A DNA stretch of 64,000 nt. Source: Deferrisomatales bacterium. Lineage in GTDB: Bacteria > Desulfobacterota > Deferrisomatia > Deferrisomatales > JACRMM01. The stretch covers positions 64,001-128,000 of the forward strand of contig JAWSUI010000003.1 of NCBI GenBank assembly GCA_033551855.1, in the 5' to 3' direction. The notes under the pieces were generated by a model, which was not told where the DNA came from, made no database searches, and was given only the letters and a program-made list of their open reading frames with translations. Positions within the stretch are counted from its first letter, which is position 1. Every line of letters starts with the position of its first letter. A program made the translations under genes and the position numbers. Shown here piece by piece: positions 20,754 through 30,098 of this stretch.

Positions 20754-22724
20754 TCAGGCCTCCGCTCTGGCGGCCGCCCGCAAGAGGGCCTGGAGCCGCC
20801 GGGTCTGCTGCGGAAAATCCTCCATCCGCGTGTGGGGAAGGAACAGGGCCGCCACATACTCCTCCATGTAGATGGGGGACGCCGAGAGCTCGATGTTCGT
20901 GATCATGGTGGCGATGGACTCCGCCTCCTCGATCTTGTCCCGGTAGAGAGTGGCGAGCGTGCACCCGGCCAGGCTGGTGTTGCCCCCGTAGCGCACGATC
21001 TCCGGGTTCACCTCCGGCAGGAGGCCGATGGCCATGGCCTTCTCCACGTCGATGTACTGGCCGAACCCGCCGGCGATGATGATCTTCTGCACGTCCGCGA
21101 ACGAGAGCCCCACGCTCTTCAGCAGGACCGAGCACGCCGCGTAGATGGAGGCCTTGGTCCGGATCAGGTTGTCCATGTCCGGCTCGGAGATGACGATGTC
21201 CTGGTCGAGCTGGCTCTCGCCCTTCCAGCACAGGACATACTCCCAGCCGGTCTCCCCCTCCCGCAGGCGCGGCGACCTCTCTGCCAGCTCCTGGTTGAAC
21301 TTTCCGTTCGGGGAGATGAGCCCCACCTCCTGGAACTCGGCCAGGCAGTCGATCATGCCGGAGCCGCATACACCTTTGGGCTTCGTCTGACCGATGGTGA
21401 GCATCATCGGCTCGAAGTTCGCGGGATTGATGCGGACCTGCTCGATCGCGCCGAAGGTCGCCCGCATCCCAAACTTCACCCCTCCCCCTTCGAACGCCGG
21501 CCCGGCCGAGGCCGAGGCCGACACCATCCAGTCCTGGTTCCCGATGACGATCTCCCCGTTCGTGCCCACGTCCAGGAAGAGCGTCAGCTCCGGGTTCAGG
21601 TGAATGCCGGTGGCCAGGATCCCGGCAGTGATGTCGCCCCCCACGTAGGAGGCGACACAGGGCATGGCGTACCCCAGCATGTGCTCCGGCACATGGATCC
21701 CCAACTCGTGGAGGCGGAACGGCGGGAAAAAGTTCGCCGCGGGCACGTAGGGGGCCTCTCGGATGTGCTTGGGGTTCAGGGACAGGAACAGCTGCGTCAT
21801 CGTCGTGTTGCCGCCGAACACCGCATGGGTGACCTCGGCGCCCTGCACTCCGGCCTTCTCCAAGGCCTCCTCCAGGACCCCGTTGATCGTCTTCACCACC
21901 CGCTTCTGGAGGGCCTCCAGCCCCCCCGGCTTGAGGGCCGCCACGATGCGGGTGATGACGTCCTCGCCCATCGACACCTGGGAGTTGTAATCCCCCGCCC
22001 GAGCGATCTCGCTCCCCTCATTGACGTCCAGGACGGCCGCGTGGACGGTGGTCGTTCCGATATCGACGGCCAGGGCGAAGGTCCGGTCCCGGGTGTCCCC
22101 CGGTTCGACCCGCAGGAGCCGCTTCCCCCTGTGGGTGTGCAGCACCGTGGCGGTGACCTTCCACTCCCCCTGGCGCAGCGCCGAGGACAGGGACCGCAGG
22201 ACGTGGATGTCGGTGCCGATCCTCTCGATCCCGTGGTCCACCTTGAGCACCTGCCCCAGCCGACCCATGTCGGAGACGTTGTTCTCCTCCGTCGGGGGCG
22301 CCAGCTCGCAGAAGTACTTCACCACGGGGGGCTCGGCCTTCTGATCCGCGAATTCTAACCCCAGGCGGGCCGCCGAGAGGACGTGCTCCACGGTGGCCCG
22401 GGTGGCTTTCCGCGCCAGCACCGCCTTCTCGTAGCGGGACTCCACGGGGACGTCCACGACCAGATCCCCCAGGATCTCGGTCTGGCATGCCAGGCGGTAG
22501 CCTTCGTCCCACTCCGCCTTCGAGAGCTTCGAAGAGGTCTGCGTCCGGTGCTCGCCCTCCCGGATCTTGACCTTGCACTTGCCGCAGGTTCCGGCCCCCC
22601 CACAGGAGGCATTGACGTGCACACCCGCGACCATCGCGACCCGGAGGAGATTCTCCGCCTCGCGGTAGACGTCGATGGTCGCGTCGTCCGGCAGGAAACG
22701 GACCGTGTGGCGCTTCTGGGGCAA
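20754..22724 (-). CDS. acsV: Reductive activator of corrinoid Fe-S protein (RACo/AcsV; 2Fe-2S + ASKHA)
   Basis: CGGAGTCGKCKV..RLACQ 2Fe-2S; DIGTTTV, YVGGDI, DVGTNGEIV, AGPAFEG; TTG start with GGGAG RBS inferred. Confidence 0.92.
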   Translation of the reverse strand: MPQKRHTVRFLPDDATIDVYREAENLLRVAMVAGVHVNASCGGAGTCGKCKVKIREGEHRTQTSSKLSKAEWDEGYRLACQTEILGDLVVDVPVESRYEKAVLARKATRATVEHVLSAARLGLEFADQKAEPPVVKYFCELAPPTEENNVSDMGRLGQVLKVDHGIERIGTDIHVLRSLSSALRQGEWKVTATVLHTHRGKRLLRVEPGDTRDRTFALAVDIGTTTVHAAVLDVNEGSEIARAGDYNSQVSMGEDVITRIVAALKPGGLEALQKRVVKTINGVLEEALEKAGVQGAEVTHAVFGGNTTMTQLFLSLNPKHIREAPYVPAANFFPPFRLHELGIHVPEHMLGYAMPCVASYVGGDITAGILATGIHLNPELTLFLDVGTNGEIVIGNQDWMVSASASAGPAFEGGGVKFGMRATFGAIEQVRINPANFEPMMLTIGQTKPKGVCGSGMIDCLAEFQEVGLISPNGKFNQELAERSPRLREGETGWEYVLCWKGESQLDQDIVISEPDMDNLIRTKASIYAACSVLLKSVGLSFADVQKIIIAGGFGQYIDVEKAMAIGLLPEVNPEIVRYGGNTSLAGCTLATLYRDKIEEAESIATMITNIELSASPIYMEEYVAALFLPHTRMEDFPQQTRRLQALLRAAARAEA

Positions 22725-22796
22725 GACGTCTCCCGGCAAAAGGGACGGGTGGGGAGGGTCAACCCTCCCCACCCAGACCGCAATGGAATGAACGGT

Positions 22797-24530
22797 CTAG
22801 AACAGGCCCTTGATCCGGCCGGTATCCGTGTCGATGTCCACGTACCTGTACGCCGGGTCCGCGGACAGTCCCGGCATGGTGCGCATGACGCCCAACAGCG
22901 GGTACAGGAACCCCGCCCCCAGGCTGGCGCGGATGTCGCGGATCGGCACGCGGAAGCCCCGCGGGCGTCCCTTGAGGGTGAGGTCGTGGCTCAGGGACAG
23001 ATGGGTCTTCGCCATGCACAGGGGCAGCTTGTCGTAGCCGAGCTTGGTGAACTGGGCGATCTTCTGCTCCGCCTCGGGCATGTAGTCCACGCCGTCGGCA
23101 CCGTAGATCTCCGTGGCGATCACCTCGATCTTCTGCTTGATGGACCAGTCGTCCGGGTACAGGAACTTGAAGTCCTTGGGCTCGTCACAGGCCTTCACGA
23201 CCTCCTGAGCGGCATCGGTCGCCCCGGCGCCGCCGTGCATCCACACCTCGATCGGCACCGACGCGCTGGCGCCGGCCTCCTCGGCCCGCTTCTGGATGAT
23301 GGAGATCTCGTCGTCCCGGTCGAAGGCGAACCGGTTGATGGTGTTGACCACCGGCACCCCGAACTTCTTCATGTTCTCGATGTGCTTCTCGAGGTTCTCG
23401 ATACCCTTCTCGAGGTAGGCGTAGTGCTCCTTCTGCAGTTCCGTGGCCAGCTGCTTCGGGGTGTACTTGGAGATCTCGGAGTAGGGCATGCCGTGCATCT
23501 TGAGGGCGCGCACCGTACAGGTGATGACCACGCAGTCCGGGCTGAACCCGCCGTAGCGGCAGGTGATGTTCATGAACTTCTCGGCGCCCATGTCCGCCGC
23601 GAAGCCGGACTCGGTGACGGTGTAGTCGCCGAGCTTCAGCGCCACCCGGTCGGCGACGATGGAGTTGTTGCCGTGGGCGATGTTGGCGAACGGGCCGGCG
23701 TGCACCAAGGCCGGGTTCCCTTCGAGGGACTGGATCAGGTTGGGCTTGAGGGCGTCCTTCATGAGGGCGGTCATCGCCCCGGCCACCTGGAGGTCCTCGG
23801 TGGTCACCGGCTTCCCGTCGTAGGTGTAGGCCAGCAGGATGCGCCCCATGCGCGCGCGCAGATCCGCCAGATCCGTGGCCAGGGCCAGGATGGCCATGAC
23901 CTCGGAAGCCACGGCGATATCGAACCCCCCCTGCCGCGGGATGCCGTTGAGCTTGCCGCCCAAACCGACCACGATCTCCCGGAGGCAGCGGTCGTTCAGG
24001 TCCACCACGCGGTTCCACTGGATGGTCAGGGGGTCGATGTTCAGCGGGTTGCCGTGCATCAGGCTGGTGTCGAGGGCGGCGGAACAAAGGTTGTGGGTGA
24101 TGGATACGGCGTGAATGTCCCCGGTGAAGTGGAGGTTCAGGTCCTCCATGGGCACGATCTGGGAGTACCCGCCCCCGGCGGCGCCGCCCTTGATGCCGAA
24201 CACCGGCCCCAGGCTGGGCTCCCGCAGGGCCAGCATGGCGCTCTTCCCGATCTTGTTCAGGCCCTCATAGAGCCCGATGGACGTGACCGTCTTGCCCTCT
24301 CCCAGCGGGGTGGGCGTGCAGGCGGTGACGTCGATCAGCTTGCCGTTGGGCTTGCTCTCCAGACGCTTGAGCAGCGCCATGAAGTCGATCTTTGCCTTAT
24401 AGTTGCCGTAGTACTCCAGTTCGGACTCCAGGATGCCTGCTTTCTCGGCGATCTCCCGGATGTGCTTCATCTTGTGGCTCTGGGCGATCTCGAGATCCGA
24501 GGGGACGTTCTTGGGCGTCAGCTTGGCCAT
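22797..24530 (-). CDS. fhs: Formate--tetrahydrofolate ligase
   Basis: TPTPLGEGKT, LREPSLGPVFGIKGGAAGGGYSQ, HAGPFANIAHG, CMAKTHLSLSHD, TMPGL; start MAKLTPK with GGAGGGAGG RBS. Confidence 0.97.
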   Translation of the reverse strand: MAKLTPKNVPSDLEIAQSHKMKHIREIAEKAGILESELEYYGNYKAKIDFMALLKRLESKPNGKLIDVTACTPTPLGEGKTVTSIGLYEGLNKIGKSAMLALREPSLGPVFGIKGGAAGGGYSQIVPMEDLNLHFTGDIHAVSITHNLCSAALDTSLMHGNPLNIDPLTIQWNRVVDLNDRCLREIVVGLGGKLNGIPRQGGFDIAVASEVMAILALATDLADLRARMGRILLAYTYDGKPVTTEDLQVAGAMTALMKDALKPNLIQSLEGNPALVHAGPFANIAHGNNSIVADRVALKLGDYTVTESGFAADMGAEKFMNITCRYGGFSPDCVVITCTVRALKMHGMPYSEISKYTPKQLATELQKEHYAYLEKGIENLEKHIENMKKFGVPVVNTINRFAFDRDDEISIIQKRAEEAGASASVPIEVWMHGGAGATDAAQEVVKACDEPKDFKFLYPDDWSIKQKIEVIATEIYGADGVDYMPEAEQKIAQFTKLGYDKLPLCMAKTHLSLSHDLTLKGRPRGFRVPIRDIRASLGAGFLYPLLGVMRTMPGLSADPAYRYVDIDTDTGRIKGLF

Positions 24531-24909
24531 GGTCCTCCCTCCATCGGGCCTTTCGGCCTCAGCAAGTTGCCCGCGCCAGGAGTGCGCGGTTTCCCTTGAA
24601 AAAAGCGGAACGAAGCAAGTCCGGGGTCCGGCCGGGGTGCACCGTAACCGACCGGCGACCTCGAGGCAACCGATCGCGGAGGCCGAGAGGAAACCCCGAA
24701 TCCCGTGACCCGAGAGGGACGTGCCGAACACTCTCCGCGAGGCAGACCGGAGACCCAAGCGCCCCTTGGGTCCGGCCCGATCCAAAGGCGGACGTAGATG
24801 GCGGCGGCGCGGCAACCCGCGGGCGGAACCCGGCTCTCGCGGTCGCGGCGCCCCCTCCGGCCTGCAAGGACCTTCGAACGGCTGTTTCCGCGCAATAGAG
24901 GGCGCGGCA

Positions 24910-24939
24910 AGGATACTGAGGCCCAATTTTTGATGTCAA
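24910..24939 (-). promoter_or_regulatory. Sigma70-type promoter of the fhs-acs operon
   Basis: TTGACA-18 nt-TATCCT, about 370 nt upstream of the fhs start. Confidence 0.55.
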
Positions 24940-25039
24940 GGGCATTTTTCCCGGTAGATCCAGAGAGAATACCGCGGAAGGCCGACTGACCGCCCGTAGC
25001 GCCTCCCGCGCGGAAGCCCGCGGGGCCTCCGCCCCGACA

Positions 25040-25714
25040 TCAGAACCGGTACCCAACGCCGAGGTAGAGACCCGTCTCATCGAACAGGTGGAGCTCCCCC
25101 GTAAAGAACACGTTGGGGTTCACGAAGTAGTCCGCTCCGCCGAACACCCCCACGTAGTCGTCCCCCTCCGTGTCCGGAACCCCCCGATTGCCGTCGTAGC
25201 GCGCATAGGAGACCCGCACGCCACCGTAGGGGAAGAAGTATCCCACGCGTCGGGCCGCCCCGACCTCCCGGACGACATAGGTGGCCGCGTGGTACGCCTG
25301 GTGGCGCACCCGCTTCCCGCCGTCGGTGCTTCGCAGGTACTCCCCCTGGAGGTCGAGCACCAGCTTGATGGCACTCTCGGGGAAGCTGAGCAGCCCGAGG
25401 CGCACACCCGCGCCAAAGGTCTCCCCCAGGGATCCGCTGAAATCGGCGCGGTCGAAATCCAGGTCCCCGAGCCCCACCGTCCCGTACACGTCCACCCCGT
25501 CGGTCACACCGACCTGACCGCGCAGGAGAACCCGCCGCGTCACCACCTCGTCCCTTCTGCCGTCCTTCACGTCCCGCTCGCCATAACCCAGAGTCACCGA
25601 GGTCGCGAACCCTCCAGGGCCGAGGGGGGACGCGAGCCCGCCGGTCTGGGCCGCCGAGGCCGCCCCGGCAAGAAACAGCACGGTACCAACAGCGAGGGGA
25701 ACGAAAGCTCTCAT
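25040..25714 (-). CDS. Outer-membrane beta-barrel protein
   Basis: Signal peptide (..LAGAASAA), alternating amphipathic strands, C-terminal GVGYRF beta-signal. Confidence 0.8.
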   Translation of the reverse strand: MRAFVPLAVGTVLFLAGAASAAQTGGLASPLGPGGFATSVTLGYGERDVKDGRRDEVVTRRVLLRGQVGVTDGVDVYGTVGLGDLDFDRADFSGSLGETFGAGVRLGLLSFPESAIKLVLDLQGEYLRSTDGGKRVRHQAYHAATYVVREVGAARRVGYFFPYGGVRVSYARYDGNRGVPDTEGDDYVGVFGGADYFVNPNVFFTGELHLFDETGLYLGVGYRF

Positions 25715-25914
25715 CGATGGCTCCTCCGCGACGGGGGCAGGACAGGGGACACAACCACTCTCCCCGGGGATAGACCCCTTCGTTTACCACAACGCGTCCG
25801 GGTGTCCAAGCGTCTTCGGACTCCTCCGGACGCCTTGCTTTTGGGAAACCCGTAATGTTAGGTTGGGTGCCCCTCCACGCCCCAAACCCTCCACACCCTT
25901 GGGAGTAGAGCCCC

Positions 25915-27810
25915 ATGCTCGAGAAGATCCGCAGAAATGTCCGGCACCCGTACATCCAGGTGCTTCTGGGGCTGATCATTCTGGTGTTCGTCCTCTTTTT
26001 CGGTTGGGGCATGGAGTCCCAGCGGCCCAGCTACGTCGCGAAGGTCAACGGCGACGCGATCGAGTACCGGCCGTATCAGGAGGCCTACAATGGGTTGGTT
26101 CGTCTGTACCAGGAAGCCTTCCAGGGCGACCTCTCGGGCGACCGGCTGCGGGAGCTCGAGCTGGGGCGGCGCGCCCTAGAGCAGTTGGTGGACCAGACGC
26201 TGCTGATGCAGGAAGCGAGCCGCCGGAGGCTCCGGGTCACCGAGGCGGAACTGCAGGCCGCTATCGAGGCGGTGCCGGTGTTCCAAGAGTCGGGGGCGTT
26301 TCGAAAGGACCTTTATCTCCGCGTGCTGGATGCCAACCGGCTCTCGCCGCTGGAGTACGAACGGACGACCAGGAACGCGCTCCTCCTGCAGAAGGTCGAG
26401 GCCGCCATCCGCGCCGAGGCCACGGTCTCGGACGCCGACGTGGAGCAGGAGTTTCGCGACCGGAACACGAAGATCCGGCTCGAGCTCGTCTCGGTGGACC
26501 CGGACACCCTCGCCGCCGGCATCCGCCCCACCCCCGCCCAACTGGAGGAATTCTTCACTGTCGAAGCGGAGTCGCTCCGGGTTCCCGAGAGGCGCTCGGC
26601 CCGCTACGTGCTCTTTCGGCCGGAGGACTTTCTCGGCTCGGAGGAGGCCGCGCGGCTGGAAGCGGAAGAGGAGTACCGGTGGCGCGCGGGAGAGTTCGCC
26701 GTGCCGGAAGCGGTTCGCGCCAGGCACCTGCTCCTGCAGGTCGGCCCGGAGGTGAGCCAGGCCGAGGAAGCCCTGATCCTGGAGCGGGCGGAGAGTCTCC
26801 GCCAGGAGATCCTGGGCGGCGCCTCGTTCGCGGAGCTCGCGCAGAGGGTGTCCGAGGACCCCGGGACCAAGGACCAGGGGGGAGACCTGGGCTACTTCGA
26901 GAGAGGGCAGATGGTGCCGCAGTTCGAGGCCGCCGCCTTTTCCCTGTCGCCGGGGGAGCTGAGCGAGCCGGTGAGAACGGCCTTCGGATACCACCTCATC
27001 CTCGTGGAGGATCGCCGGGAGCCCCGCGAGCCCTCCTTCGACGAGGTGGCCGAGGGGCTCACGTCGGAGATTCGGCGGCGCAGGGCCCTGGAGGAGGCCT
27101 ACGCGGCCGCGGACAACCTCCTCATGGACCTAGAGGACGGCGACACCTCCTGGGAGGCGGTCCGTTCGTCCCACGAGGTGCGTACGACCGATCCGGTCTC
27201 ACGCGGCGAAGCCCCCGGCGGTGTGGAGAGGCCCGCCGAGTTCGGGCAGGCGCTCTTCGCCCTGGCTCCGGACCGCCCGGGGGTCCTGCTCGAGACCCGG
27301 GCCGGGACCTATCTGCTGGCGGTGGAGACCGTGGAGCCCTCGGCTGTCCCCCCCCTGGAGGCGGTTCGGAAACAGGTCTCCGCCCGCTTTCGGAACGCGG
27401 AGGGTCGGCGGCAGGCCGAAGCCCGGGCCCGCGAGGTCCTGGACATGGCCCGGGAGAAGGGCTGGGAGGCCGCCCTCGCGTCCTTCGGCCTGGAGCCCCA
27501 GCGGACCGAGCCGTTCCCCCGCAAGGGAGGGGCCGTGCCGACCCTGGGCTGGGCTCCCGCTCTCAAAGAGGCCGCTTTCGCCGTGGCCGCCGACGGCGGG
27601 GTCGCGGCGGAGCCCCACGAGGTGAACGGCGTCTTCTACGCGTTCCGCGTGTTCGAGCGGGTCGAAGCCGATCCGTCCGAGCTGGAGGCGGAGCGGGAGG
27701 CGCTGCGCGCGGAGCTCCTGCCGGGGAAGCAGGAACAGTACCTGGAGAGCTACCTGGCCGCGCTCCGAGCCGGCGCCAAGATCGTGGTCACGGAAGAGCT
27801 GCTCCTGTAG
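25915..27810 (+). CDS. ppiD: PpiD/SurA-type periplasmic chaperone and parvulin peptidyl-prolyl isomerase
   Basis: N-terminal TM anchor, VAKVNG SurA-N domain, parvulin ARHLLL..FAELA..SEDPG..GGDLGYF..MVPQFE..FGYHLI. Confidence 0.88.
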   Translation: MLEKIRRNVRHPYIQVLLGLIILVFVLFFGWGMESQRPSYVAKVNGDAIEYRPYQEAYNGLVRLYQEAFQGDLSGDRLRELELGRRALEQLVDQTLLMQEASRRRLRVTEAELQAAIEAVPVFQESGAFRKDLYLRVLDANRLSPLEYERTTRNALLLQKVEAAIRAEATVSDADVEQEFRDRNTKIRLELVSVDPDTLAAGIRPTPAQLEEFFTVEAESLRVPERRSARYVLFRPEDFLGSEEAARLEAEEEYRWRAGEFAVPEAVRARHLLLQVGPEVSQAEEALILERAESLRQEILGGASFAELAQRVSEDPGTKDQGGDLGYFERGQMVPQFEAAAFSLSPGELSEPVRTAFGYHLILVEDRREPREPSFDEVAEGLTSEIRRRRALEEAYAAADNLLMDLEDGDTSWEAVRSSHEVRTTDPVSRGEAPGGVERPAEFGQALFALAPDRPGVLLETRAGTYLLAVETVEPSAVPPLEAVRKQVSARFRNAEGRRQAEARAREVLDMAREKGWEAALASFGLEPQRTEPFPRKGGAVPTLGWAPALKEAAFAVAADGGVAAEPHEVNGVFYAFRVFERVEADPSELEAEREALRAELLPGKQEQYLESYLAALRAGAKIVVTEELLL

Positions 27811-27891
27811 GGGGGACAAGAGCGGCTGTTCTCGTGGGCCGTTCGAGGTGCCCGTCCAGCCGGCACGCCGCAGGAAGGGACGGTGGGGGAC

Positions 27892-28707
27892 TCACCCGGG
27901 CGGCGCCAGATACTCCAGTGCCAGCAAGGGGGTGGCCCGGTAGGCACGGCGCAGCCGCTCCTGCTCCGCCGGAGTCTTCTCTTCCCACAGGGAGCTGCGC
28001 AGGGGAAGGTCGCTGATGTAGGTGAGGGCGGCACCCCGCAGCCCGTGCCGCGGCACGGCGGTGAAGAAGGCGGAGAGCTCCATCTCCAGCGCGTCGTAGC
28101 CGTGCCGGCGCAACTCCACCAGGTTCTCCCGGGACTCGGCGGTGATGCTCCCGACCGTGAAGACCCTCCCCTCCCTCGCCGGGAACCCGCGGGAGGCCAA
28201 GAAGGACACCAGATCCTCCCCAACCCCTTCGGGCTTCGGCACCCGCCGAGCTCCCCGCACGACCCCGGAGAAGGAGTCCTGGGAGTAGCGACTGTAGCCC
28301 TCCCCGTCCGCGGCCTCGTGGGCGACGAAGAACTCCCCGATGGCGTGGTCCTCCGCCAGCCCCCCCACCGCCCCGGCGAACAGGACCCGCCGGGCGGGGG
28401 TGAGGGAGAGAAAGCCGAGGCAGTCTCCCACCCGTGAAGGACCGACGCCGGTCGCGATCACCGTGACCCGACGTCCACGGAAGGTCGCGGTGACGCCCCG
28501 GTAGAAAAAGGGGGGGGAGAGCTCCACAGCGGCTCCCGCCATGTGCTGCCGGAACCCCTTGAGCGGCAGGAACGGGGTGACGATCACGTCGTCGGCCACC
28601 ACCTCCGGACGGCAGCCGAAGACAACCCCCACCACGGCCGCCGGATCACCCAGGGAGAGGGGCCCCGCCACCCCGGCCCCGGATGCCCCCGCCTCCTCGG
28701 AGGTCAC
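27892..28707 (-). CDS. Nucleoside phosphorylase-like protein (PNP_UDP_1 fold)
   Basis: TGVGPS, FAGAVGGL, ALEMELSAFF, ISD motifs; GTG start overlaps the upstream TGA (GTGA). Confidence 0.75.
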   Translation of the reverse strand: MTSEEAGASGAGVAGPLSLGDPAAVVGVVFGCRPEVVADDVIVTPFLPLKGFRQHMAGAAVELSPPFFYRGVTATFRGRRVTVIATGVGPSRVGDCLGFLSLTPARRVLFAGAVGGLAEDHAIGEFFVAHEAADGEGYSRYSQDSFSGVVRGARRVPKPEGVGEDLVSFLASRGFPAREGRVFTVGSITAESRENLVELRRHGYDALEMELSAFFTAVPRHGLRGAALTYISDLPLRSSLWEEKTPAEQERLRRAYRATPLLALEYLAPPG

Positions 28708-30098
28708 GGCCGGGCCTCGATACCCAGCCGCCGGATCTGGTACCGCAGCGTGCCCCGGTCCATGGACAGCAGTCGGGCCGCCTGGGCCTTGTTGCCGCCG
28801 GCCAGGCGCAGGGCCTCGCGGATCAGGTGCCGGCCCAACTCGTCCACCACCTTGTCGTAGGCGATCCCCCGCAGGATCTCGGGCTCCTGCGGGAGCCAGA
28901 CGCCATCCCTCGCCCCTCCTGGGCCCTTCAGGATTTCCGGCGGGAGGTGATCGGGCGCGATCCACTCGGCGTCCTCCAGGATGAGGATGCGCTCGATCGT
29001 GTTCTTGAGCTCCCGGACGTTTCCGGGCCAGGGGTAATCCAGCAGGAGCCCCTCGGCCTGCCGCGTGAACCCCTGCACTGCCTTGTGAAACCTTCGGTTG
29101 GCCTCCTGGAGGAAATGCTGGGCCAGTGGAAGGATGTCGGCCCGGCGGTCCCGCAGGGGAGGCAGCGGGATCGTGATGATCTTCAGGCGGTAGTACAGGT
29201 CCTCTCGGAAGCTTCCCTCCCGAAGCTTCTCCTCGATGTCCTGATTCGTCGCGGCAAGAATCCGCACATCGACGGGGATCTGATCCAGCCCCCCCACCCG
29301 GCGCACGGTGCGCTCCTCCAGAACTCGGAGCAGCTTGGCCTGGAGTTGCACGTCCATGTCGCCGATTTCGTCCAGGAAGAGGGTCCCCCCCTGGGCCTTT
29401 TCGATGAGGCCGATCTTTCGGGCCTTGGCATCCGTGAAGGCTCCCTTCTCGTAACCGAAGAGCTCGCTCTCCAGCAGATTCCCCGGGATGGCCGCGCAGT
29501 TGAGCCCGACGAAGTGCCGTGCCGAACGGCCGCTCTCGGCATGGATCGCTCGGGCGATCATCTCCTTGCCGGTTCCGCTCTCCCCCTGGATCAGCACGGT
29601 CACGTCGGGGTTCTGGGCGACCTTGCCCACCACGGTGAAGACCTTCTCCATGGACGGGTCCCGCCCCACGATCTGCTGGATCCCGAATCCGCTCAGGTTT
29701 TCCTCACGGAGCTCCTTCACCTCTCGCTTGAGGTGATCCGCATCCAGGGCGAGGCGCACGATGACCTCGATCTCCCGGGACTTGAACGGTTTGTTCACGT
29801 AATCATAGGCACCCAGCCGCATGGCCTCCACCGCCGTCCCCACGCTCCCGTACGCCGTCATCATGATGACGAGCAGGTCCGGCTGCCCCGCCTTGAACTC
29901 CTTGAGCAGGTCGATGCCCGAGGCGTCCGGGAGCCGCAGATCGAGGAGCACCAGGGGAAACTCTCCGGGCACGAAGAGCCGCCGCGCCTCCGCGGCGGTG
30001 GCGGCCAGGGTGACGTCGTACCCTTTTCGAGCCAGGAGCTGGCCGAGTGACTTCCGGATCAGCGACTCGTCGTCCACGATCAGGATGCGGTCCGGCAT
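28704..30098 (-). CDS. Sigma54-dependent response regulator (NtrC/AtoC family)
   Basis: Receiver ILIVDDE..LLDLRLPD; GESGTGKE, ESELFGYEKGAFTDA, WPGNVREL; Fis HTH. Confidence 0.94.
   Translation of the reverse strand: MPDRILIVDDESLIRKSLGQLLARKGYDVTLAATAAEARRLFVPGEFPLVLLDLRLPDASGIDLLKEFKAGQPDLLVIMMTAYGSVGTAVEAMRLGAYDYVNKPFKSREIEVIVRLALDADHLKREVKELREENLSGFGIQQIVGRDPSMEKVFTVVGKVAQNPDVTVLIQGESGTGKEMIARAIHAESGRSARHFVGLNCAAIPGNLLESELFGYEKGAFTDAKARKIGLIEKAQGGTLFLDEIGDMDVQLQAKLLRVLEERTVRRVGGLDQIPVDVRILAATNQDIEEKLREGSFREDLYYRLKIITIPLPPLRDRRADILPLAQHFLQEANRRFHKAVQGFTRQAEGLLLDYPWPGNVRELKNTIERILILEDAEWIAPDHLPPEILKGPGGARDGVWLPQEPEILRGIAYDKVVDELGRHLIREALRLAGGNKAQAARLLSMDRGTLRYQIRRLGIEARP

Noticed and set aside
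24531..24905. ZTP, THF, cobalamin or SAM riboswitch before fhs
   Set aside because: Could not find their conserved core sequences by eye; kept only as an unassigned leader pending cmscan
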